NCBI GenBank assembly: GCA_000708835.1
Contig: DF237618.1
Span: 1 to 45,252, forward strand
From: Klebsormidium nitens
Taxonomy: Eukaryota; Plantae; Klebsormidiophyceae
Direction: 5' to 3'
Length of the DNA: 45,252 nt
Shown here: one piece after another, positions 36,301 to 45,252 of the stretch
Numbering within the stretch: position 1 is the stretch's first letter
Layout: each line of letters begins with the position of its first letter
Made by a program: the position numbers and the translations under genes
Notes under the pieces: model-generated
Database searches by the model: none
What the model was told of the DNA's origin: nothing
Seen by the model: the letters and a program-made list of their open reading frames with translations, nothing else

Positions 36301-39300
36301 AACCAACTAATCTTCAATGAGCAGCGGTGCTTGCACGCTGTATCAATGTGGTCGGCTTGCAGAACGCTCGGCAACCCACGACTTGTTGAAAAGTGATACA
36401 TCCGGTTCTCGGTAGGATTCGGAGTCGTCCACAGTCAAAAAAGACAGGATCAGGGTTTCTGATGGCAGAAGTTGCCGAACAACAGGTTCCAACTGCTCTA
36501 GTAGGAGTGAGCGACGGTCGTCACGACGAGCACCACGACCGTCACTCTAAATCGCAAAGTGAAGCACCCGAGAAAACAAGGTTCTCGAGTGCCGACTGCA
36601 CTTCGGCCTAATCCAGCGAGAGATGTCCTCCGGGCAACTCTTCAGGGCTCTGGTTTAGAAACGCGACCTCCAATCCTCAGAAGCGACTTCCACAGACACG
36701 TCAGACCCCCCGATGCAGAGATCGAATTCACCGAGGGTTTGCTCCTCATTCGCCAAACGATCGGCCTTCAGCAAATCTATGCAGCCTATGACTGCGTGCG
36801 CGCTGTGGACATCAACGCCAAAGGAGCCAGTACTATCGAGCCTTCGCGGAGCTTGTATTTAGCTTGTATTTTTCGACAACGTCTGAGGTGCAAAGATTTG
36901 AAACCTCTCAATGCACAAGCTTCCTTGTTTTAGCCTTCTCACGAGGCCGGTTGCAGATTGAACAAGCCACTCAGCATTCTTGCTGGCACTCCCCAAAAAG
37001 TGTCGTCTGGTGGGCATGAGTGCTTTAGTAGGAGCGCTCACACTTGGAGCGTAAGGGCGCGAACAACATATCCAGAATGAAAAGAGCAAACGCGAGGAAC
37101 GACCTTTTAGCGCACACTCAAGCCGTATAGAAACTCGTCCTCTCCGCACCATCATCCAGGAAGAGGCACTTGAAGAGTGCCCTCCGCAACGACTGAAGTC
37201 AGAGAAAATCGACCTCACCCACGAAGTGGGGCGCACCACATATTTCCGAACCTAAGCTTTACATGTTTATAAGCTTCCTCCTGATCACAGAGAAAATACC
37301 TTTGTCGGCTCTGACAGAGTCGCCACCTGTAACCGTTGAGCGTACTAGCACTCGGAGTAGCAATGCATCATGGCCGCCAACAATGATCCACAAACGTCCG
37401 AAGCTTTCTGCATAGATTCTAGGCGGAATACCTCTTGATCTTCACTTCATACCAATCGCTCAGAGTGAGGTGGATAAGGGGCCTCTAGGAGGCTTCAGTG
37501 CTAAGCAGCAATGCGGAAGCAGCGAAAGATTTTAGAGCAGTTGATAAGGATGCAACATCTGCAGCTAACCACGCATTCCACCGCCTGAAAGTACATAGAC
37601 ACAAAGAGAACGGCTTCAGCTCGGCTAAACGTTGATCCTTGCGCTTTCAGCCCGTGCAAGCTAAGCGTCACTGCCTTGATGGGAAGCAAACGACTCAAGA
37701 ACAATGTAATTCTCCAGATAAACTTCGTCTGAAGCATTAAATACATTTGCGATGCTCCAAAGCTAGCATACCGTTGATGACAAGTGCGGCACGCTGTGCC
37801 ACAGGAACGATTTCTTTGCACTGCACAGCATTTGCTATTGCCCGTACAGTTCCTGCAAAGCTTGATTCGTTGCCCAAGAAGGCGGTAGACAGAATTCGGA
37901 GTCATCCAACGAGGTTTGCGTTCCAACAGCACAATGAACCCATGCACGATTGAGAAGAGGGGAGAAACCAGCGACGCAAAAGTAGCTAAAGTGTTCGGTC
38001 TTCATGGTCGGCAAGTGGATTGGTTCTGAAAGAATCTAACTCTTTCGTTTTCCCATACTTCTTAAAGAAAAGAAAATTGCGTGGAGTGCTTTGCTCGAGT
38101 AAGGGGAGACAACATCACAGCGGCTACTACTCTCCTACCCCAGGGTGTAAGCAACTTTTCTACGCCTCGGCTAAAAGCAACCACAGCTTTGTACGCCTCG
38201 GCTAAAAGCAACCACAGCAATAAAACGGCGTCGCTTGATCGATTAAACGCTTGAGTTTCTGCTCACGGGAATATTGGATCATTGCCGGACGTGAGATACT
38301 GAAGAAGGGGATGTGAACGTTTACTGTATGTCAGCTATTGGTCTGAGATCGACGAGACAAAGGCGCCGCGTATGAAGGTAAACAGACTTTCAGGCGGCAC
38401 CCAGGTTGTACAAAGGTGCGTCCAAAACCGGTCTCCTCACTAAATGGGACTGGGGAAAAGAGACCAGCTGCGAAGCTTCCTTTTGGTGTCCACTGGCACG
38501 AAGCACCGGACCTTAAAACGTTGCGGACACCAACAACAAAAGAAGGCTACGGAACATGCAGCATCCTGAGCTGAACGCTCAGATACATGGCCTCTTCCTT
38601 GCCAGCATGGAGTTCAGAGGAATGCAGACCAGCGGCTGTCTGATCTTGGTAAGTATTCCAAACGTGGAGAAGTACGCAAAGCCGCGCACGAGCGCAAAAG
38701 TATCAGTGACCTCATACTTATGCCGGCAACCCTTTGCCGACCGTTGGAAAGTCGTTTGTCACAACCTTGTGATACGCGGAATTGAAATCTGCTTGTGATC
38801 ACGTTGCAATCGTTTGACAACGAGAGGCAGAGCAATGGGCCAGCTCGACAAGCTGACAGTCATCATCGCAACGAGCCAGGCTAGGACTAATTGCTGGACT
38901 GAACAGCCCTACAAGACCTTTGCATGGACCGGGTTCAAGCGGATTCCTATCACGTTCCTAAGTTACAAGACTGCTCGGAGCTCGAACTGCACACCAAACA
39001 CTCAGCACATCAAAATCCTCAAAACTCATGTCTCTTTCGTTCATCCCATGTCTTACACACTTTTCTGTGTAGTCTCACTCCAATTGCAGAGGCGCAAGTG
39101 TTTCCGATTGCAAAGACCATGTGTCACTCTCTGCCACAGACGTCTGGACATGCCCCATTCTCACAACATTCTCGCCTGGGGCTTGGCAGACTCTCATCCC
39201 CGCCTGGGTTTCCCCGCAGTCCGTTGGGCTTTCCTCGTATCCAGCTCCCTCCAGCATAACCAGGTAAAACGAAATCAACCCGCATCAACATCTCCAGAAA

Positions 39301-42300
39301 TCGCCCAGGAGGCTTCCGCCAAGGGTTCAAAGAATTCCGCTCAAACCTCACCAGATTCCGCCCCAGGTCCATCGGGTCGTCCTCCTTCTGCCGGTACTCG
39401 TCCGGATCAATCACCTCCCCGTACTCGTCCCACTCCTTCGGTTCTTCCGCGTCTGGAAACATCGGGTGCACGGCTCCTGGCGGTAGCTCGAAACCGTCGA
39501 TGAAGACTTTTCGCTTGGCGGATTCCGCCGGAACAGGTGGAACAGGCCCGCCCCCGGGCTCGGCCGCGACTTGGAGGGAGGCGCCGGAAGGACCCGCGTC
39601 CTGGAAGCAGCAGTAAAGTTGAATAAGCCTTGGTATCCCGCAATAAGTCAACGAACGTGATGAAGAGAGGGGATTCGGTGCATGGGCTGCCCTCAGATCC
39701 CAAGGGCAAAACCTGACGAGAGAGGGTCAAATAGTGGAAGACATCTAAAAGGTTTCGACGGGAGAACGCTCCCAAGACTAGGTCATTGATAAGTCTGCGT
39801 GTACCTCTGTGCCGTTTACGACGTCCAAGTCTGGAACGTCCAGGCTCAAACCGCACGTTACCTTGCAAGCGCTGTCAAACGCTGTAGTACCTTGAGTCAG
39901 TCAATCTCAAGTCCTGTATCTCGTTGCTAAATTTCTGCGAAATTTGACTGAAGTCGCCGATACTCGTTGCTTTTGGAAATACATTCGACCACAGTATATA
40001 AGCAACCCGCCTTCGACAACGAGCTCTATGCTGTGATTTCAGCAAGTGAGACCCCTCGAACGGGGAGGTTCTCAAGAGTACGAGACCTCTCGCTTACATG
40101 TGCTGCATCTGTGAATCCTTGATCCAATTTTCGTAAGGATTAAGTAAGCTTCAAGTGAATCTCACTCACTTGCGCTGCCTCTAGTTCCGCCACCCGCTCC
40201 TCCTCTTCCGCCTTCACGGCCCCCAGCTGCTCCCTGGCCCTCGTCTCCTCTTCGAGTTTCTGCTTTTGCAGCAAAGCCTGCTCCTGCCGGTGCTTCTCCA
40301 GCTCCTCGCCCTCTAGAGGAATCTTCTCGCTCAGCGTCAGGCTGACGCGGGGCGGCGTCGGCACTTGCTGGAGAAACCGGGCGAGGCTGCTGGGCTGGAA
40401 ACAAAGAAACGGGGAAAGTTTCCATGAGCATTTGTTTGCATCAACCTTGTGTAACAGCACACAGCTTATGGTGTGGCATCAGCACACAGCTTACGGTGTG
40501 GCATCGTCATCCTTTGACTTCCAGTAATGCTCACTTTTCGTTTGGTTGCTCGGTTGTCATTCACCAGCCTCCAGGAATGTCGATGCGCGAGTTCAAGCTG
40601 TATAGCTCATCCCATCTGCTTTGAGCATCTAGACGACGACATTCCTGGCCTGAGAACAACGGCGGCAAAGAAACAAATCTTTTCCGACAAAATGTCAACG
40701 AACTACAGCTCCTTCGGCGATCTTACCTGCCCTCGCTCAGGAAAGATGATCAAGTTGCCTGGCTGCTCGGTCCACTCCTCCAGCAGTAGCCGGGAGAAGC
40801 CCGTTTCTAGACTGCCCATTGAAGCGAGCACCACTTTCGGCCCATGGGCCAGCGCTGCCAGGTCTTCTAGGCTGTGGCACAGCGTGGTGTGCCTGCGAAA
40901 AGGGCAGACTTACACAAAGTAAACACGCAGAGTACAGGAGGCGTGGCAGAGAGAATATCTGGTAGGAAGAAGCGTGGAGGGAGACAAAGCGGCCAGACCG
41001 ACAATTTTCGGACCGCTGACGTCACTCAGATGTGATTGAAACGAGCCAGACGCCAAAAGTTGGTGAAAGAAGTCATCCAGGGCCGTCGTAGGGAGGCGCT
41101 GCTCTTCTTAACGGAACTCCTCGGCCGAAAACTGTTTCTGGTGGGCCGGCTTCTGGCATATACACGGTCACTTGTCACTTTCATAATCTCACTTCTGTAT
41201 CCCTACGCAGCTAGAGAGGCCGCCTCGGGTCAAAGTCGTTTTACCAGCACGGATTCCGCTCAAACTGGCCAAGCGAGTGACTTGCCTCAAGATCAAAGGC
41301 ATTCGCTCGCGCCTGCTCAAATAGCCTCACCCTATCTTCATTCGTTTCGCTTACAGGCTCATATATCGTTCCCCGAGTCGATTGGACGTTGGACATTGGG
41401 AATAGCTCACCTCAGGTCAAACGCATTGGCCCGCGCCCGCTCAAAGTGCTTCCCGATGTTCTCCGCCATCCACTCGAGCGAGCTCTTCGCGAAGTCGACC
41501 ACGTTGTACGAGACTGACGTCAGCAGCGCCACGGGGAACCCCTGGTACGCTCGGTTGCTGCCCCAGTAGTGCTCCAGGCAGAGGAGGACCTCCAGAACGC
41601 GCCCGGCAGTGTCTACCGGGACGAGGACGGAGCCACCAGTGCGGAGCGTGCCCTGAACGGCCTCTGCAGACAGCGGGGGAGCGACTCTGCTCTTGAAGTT
41701 CTCGAGAGCGCATTTCTTGCAAAGAAGCATGGATAAACTATTCGTATTTAAAGACGATTCGCGGAGATGTTTGATTAGTCTGCGCAAACCTGTGCCGGGT
41801 GGGATTGAAGGCACTGTTAGCGGACTCGTCGCAAATTCCGATGCTGAGACGCAATCTCTTTCACATGTCTTAAAATCTTCAAACAGCACATCCTCGACTT
41901 CCAGCGATATCAGTGGCAGGGCCCCAAAGTTTCACGGATGTAGTTCCACGGCTCCTCTTCTATAATGCTTACATTCGGATACTTCACGACACTCCCCTGC
42001 TGGTAGAATCAGGACGTCATGAAAGCACGTAAGCCATTTTAGGTCAGAGTCACTCACCTAGAAACTCCTGATCCCGCTGCTTCTGCGGGGTCTGAACGCT
42101 CAAGGCATTATACGCGTCTGTTATGAGAACAGCCGGACGAACGAAGTTAAGAAGGACCGTTCCGTTCAGATGCCTGCATATCGAAAAATAAAGTTAAACA
42201 CCGACATAATTTGGAATCCAGTTATGAGCTGACCACTTGCAGACTCGAAGACCAGCGATCTCACAAACGCACAGATCTGCCACATATTGACCTGCACGTC

Positions 42301-44682
42301 AAGCACCAAACGGATGGTGCTCCGGCTCGCTTCGAACTGACTCTCTTGCCGCTTTGAAGCCTTCTCAATGTCAAGAATTACGAGACCGATCTTCAGTTTC
42401 CGAATCTGATACGATGCTGTATAAATCCTGGTCGCCGTTTCTGTGTGCTACATCCCAGGACTTTCGTAATTACAAGCAGCTGACCAGTTTCTGACCAGTA
42501 CAGGTTTCTGGACGTCTGAACTGCCTTTTATCGTCTTTGCGCAAGCCAGCAAACGAAAGCCGCATGTTGACGCTCACCTCTCTTTCCGGTGGTTGTAGTC
42601 AACAGCGTAGATGATGTCCTCCCCGTCCTTGCTGATCTTCCACAAAGTGCCACCAACCAAATGTCCGGCAGCATGCGCAGAGATGGTGATGCCCGCTCCC
42701 TTTCCTGAAGGCAGAGGTTCGGGATTGAGAAGACAAGCAAAGCGTTCAGGTTGCTGTTATTCCCCCCTTGCGGCTTGCAAACCTGCACACTTTTACAGGA
42801 CCAGCAATTGTTTGGAAAACAGAAGCGCTGCGTAAGGGTGTATTCTTCAACTTTCTTACTGGAACAAGGTGATTCAGGAAGGCTGAGCCAGGCAAAAAGT
42901 GGCATAGACGTACAAGAAATATTACTATCAACCAAGCGGCTGGCAGATGCCTTGATCTCTGAATGAATGAAAAGCAATCTGCTGCATACTCATTCCGGAA
43001 GTCAGGAAGACTGTTTCTGGCCGCCGATCAGATCAGTCGGCAGCCACAGCCAGTCGCCTTAACTAGCCACGCGAAACAAAGGTGCCAACGGCCTTATGCA
43101 GATAATTACGCTGCAGACAGACAATCCTGCAGAATCCCGCATGAAAACCAGCCGCCCTTTGCCCCTACCTGACAGCACCCTGTTCTCTGCATACTTGATC
43201 GTCTCCATCGAGTTGAACGCAAAGTCGACATCGTCCAGGTCAAAAGTGTCAAAGTCTGACACCGCCTGCCGTGAGAGGACGTGATCGTACATGTAGAGGT
43301 GGCCGAGCTTGGCGACCGGTAGGGTGGCGTAGACGGGGGCCGCCAGGCCCAGCTTGCCCATAAGATATGGGAGGGCGCCGAGGTGTGATGTGTCGGGGTG
43401 CGAAAGGAGGACGGCGTCGATGTCCGAGATGTGGCTGTGGACAAGGACACACGGCTTTTGGCAGGGTCTCTGTGTTTGGTCTATGTAGGTTGTATGCATA
43501 TGGTTTATCTCGGGGTCAAGATCTGGGTGAAGGATTGAGAGGATACCAAGGGCAGTGCAGAACTGAGAAAAGCGGCATAACATTGGTGACCCAAAAAAAG
43601 GACATGGAATTCCAACATAGATCAGGGATAAGTCCGTGAATGGACATGGGGAATTGGGAGACAAAGAAAATAAAGGCTAAGGAGTATGCACTAGCCAAGA
43701 GAATACACAAAGAACACAGAATAATCTCAGAGAAAAGGAACGAGAACCTGCTGTTTCAGCCTGGCAAAACTGAGAAGGATTCCCTTCAGCAGCATCAACT
43801 CATTTGTGACAATCTCCTTGCCATGACCAGTGTTGAGAAAACACTTTGTGGAGACCTGAGTGCTCCCTCAAAACCAGCCGTGCTAATATTTGGACATAAA
43901 GCTGGCAGCTCCCTGTGCTGTGCTTATGATATACATCAGTCATTTCCAGAACGTTGGTATGCAGATTGAACATTTGTATCTGAACAAAGTTGTTCTGATG
44001 AACTGCAATGCTACAATCAGGTGGCTACATTGAGACCTTCGAGTGTTCCTTGTTTGAGCATTTGCTACTGAATGAAGCTCAACTTTTAAGCTACCATAAA
44101 GTTTCCCATGCACGTACAACAAGGGCCTGAAAGCGCGGGCAGCTTCTGCTCTTTTTCAGAGCTCAAGAAGACTGACTCAAAGTCTAGCCTGCTCGGGCAC
44201 AGAACCACCTGGCATTCTGTTGTCCATACCTTTTTACATTCTCCAGAAGCACAGGATCGAAGGAATCGTTCCACCCACAATCAAGCAAGATGGAGAAGTT
44301 GTCCACCTGCAACACAATCACACGCAATTCAGCATGAGCTTGGCAAGTGTCTAAAAGTGAATATCTTTGTGGGAAAACCAGAAACAGTGCACAATGAGGA
44401 TAACATGAAGTGCTTGATGAGAGAAAAGACTTGCAGCCTGAAGTAAAGCTCGACGAACAAAGGCACCTTGAAAAAGTCCACCACCATAAGTCATGGACTC
44501 GCCACTAACACTTGCTGACATCTGATACAGTCTGATGTGTCGTAATTTCGCACGACTGTCTCGATTTCTTAAGTGCCGAACCAATGCTCGATACAAAGAA
44601 GCTAACCCACCTGCAGCAAGTAGCACAGAGGATCTTCAGACAAAACCCCGCAGAGGGGCATGAAACGCACAGCGGTCCCCAT
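27329..44682 (-). CDS. CPSF2: Cleavage and polyadenylation specificity factor subunit 2 (CPSF100), 14 exons, 765 aa
   Basis: Exons: 44682-44611, 44306-44230, 43434-43169, 42704-42578, 42173-42058, 41663-41411, 40892-40727, 40394-40170, 39600-39352, 30367-30257, 29697-29599, 29239-29063, 28482-28219, 27424-27329. All GT-AG and in phase; total 2298 nt including TGA. Recognised segments: [39 protein letters not shown] (degenerate MBL motif typical of CPSF100), [46 protein letters not shown] and the C-terminus [23 protein letters not shown]. Confidence 0.96.
28041..28262 (-). repeat. Duplicated CPSF100 exon-13 3' end and donor site (offset 172 bp)
   Basis: 28041-28089 matches 28213-28261 at 46/49 nt, including the AAG|GTCAGC donor. 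The copy reads [17 protein letters not shown] versus real [17 protein letters not shown]. Confidence 0.9.
33514..33542 (+). repeat. G15-AGCCA-G9 homopolymer tract
   Basis: Directly visible. The exact homopolymer length may be affected by sequencing error. Confidence 0.9.
33900..34803 (-). pseudogene. Decayed LRR/RNI-like ORF remnants nested in CPSF100 intron 9
   Basis: ORFs 34258-34803 and 34074-34295 give [45 protein letters not shown] and [11 protein letters not shown], which resemble LxxLxL/C repeats. Frameshifted and without a clear intact gene; no database check was possible. Confidence 0.35.
35719..35993. mobile_element. MITE, 271 bp, 48-bp TIRs, TA target-site duplication (Tc1/mariner-type, non-autonomous)
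   Basis: 35721-35768 (CTGCTGTTTGCGTCAAACTTGGCATCCGAGCTCGGATCGAAACGCGCG) is the reverse complement of 35944-35991 at 47/48 positions. TA flanks both ends (35719-20 and 35992-93). No internal coding capacity seen. Confidence 0.85.
38161..38218. repeat. 27-bp exact duplication (period 31)
   Basis: TACGCCTCGGCTAAAAGCAACCACAGC at 38161 and 38192. Confidence 0.9.
40455..40504. repeat. 25-bp tandem duplication in a CPSF100 intron
   Basis: CAGCACACAGCTTA(T/C)GGTGTGGCAT twice. Confidence 0.9.
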
Positions 44683-45213
44683 CGCCAATGCCAATGGCGG
44701 TTTGAAACAAGAAGTTGGAGGCGAAGAATCTCACCATTGAAGTTTTCTAGTGCTCGCACCACCCATTCCGGTTGCCACGTTTTTGTCAACGGAAAACGGA
44801 AACCACTTCTAGAACCGGAGAAGGGCCTACCAAATGAAGTTCGGAGTTCAATAAACAACCAGGATCCGCCCGGACGGATCGGACGGCGTACGTTCGACAA
44901 TGGTCGTGCCGGATTTGGCAGTGACGCTAAATTGTGTTGCATGTACCGGAGAGGACTGCCACGTCACCACCCCTGCGAAAGGTCTCGAGACCTTTCGAAA
45001 CCTCGGGCGTCGAACCATCGGAACTTAGGGCTAAGCGACCGGGACCACCGGCCGAGGTCGGGCTTTAGGTATTTAGGGAGAGGGCGTCGGGCCAAATAGG
45101 CAAGTTCGAGGACCCGGTATTCCCGGACCGGGTAGCAGGAGGCAGGATGGAGGCGCACGGGGCTTAGGAAGATCCGGCCCCCTCCAGAGTAGGCCAAGGA
45201 AGGGGTGGTAACC

Positions 45214-45252
45214 ATGGAGTCTCAAGCTAGTCTTCAGCATTTCAGCAGTGGG
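45214..45252 (+). CDS. Possible start of a divergently transcribed gene (MESQASLQHFSS..., runs off the window)
   Basis: ACCATGG context about 530 bp from the CPSF100 ATG, in a CpG-rich intergenic stretch. Only 13 codons are visible and no homology was recognised. Confidence 0.2.
   Translation, partial: MESQASLQHFSSG

Larger units (their letters stand above)
30368..39351 (-). other. Unusually long intron 9 of CPSF100 (8984 bp)
   Basis: Donor CTG|GTGAGG at 39351 and acceptor TGTGCAG|GCG at 30368 join ...DPMDLGRNL to AEAQ...DDRPSKVV in phase 0, matching the plant CPSF100 layout. All other introns in both genes are about 1 kb or shorter. Confidence 0.85.

Noticed and set aside
38814-39503. 229-aa plus-strand ORF
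   Set aside because: Largely antisense to GC-rich CPSF100 exon 9 and adjacent intron; no homology evident.

Overview
Eukaryotic, intron-rich genomic DNA with GC3-rich exons and GT-AG introns. The plant-like CPSF100 suggests a streptophyte green alga, possibly Klebsormidium-like; this is inference, not shown by the sequence. Two complete minus-strand genes were spliced by hand with consistent reading phase: a 12-exon secreted PhoD-family alkaline phosphatase (1481-9488, 571 aa) and a 14-exon CPSF100/CPSF2 (27329-44682, 765 aa) whose intron 9 is about 9 kb. The span ~12.9-27.2 kb and that large intron contain multiple diverged, frameshifted copies of leucine-rich (LxxLxL-like) coding-like sequence of uncertain identity. 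The intron also carries a clean 271-bp TA-flanked MITE. The most unusual pattern is that five exon/intron junctions in the two genes have degenerate copies of the splice site plus the adjacent exon edge 130-300 bp inside the intron, and many of the differences from the real exon are synonymous or third-position. No tRNA, rRNA or CRISPR array was recognised.
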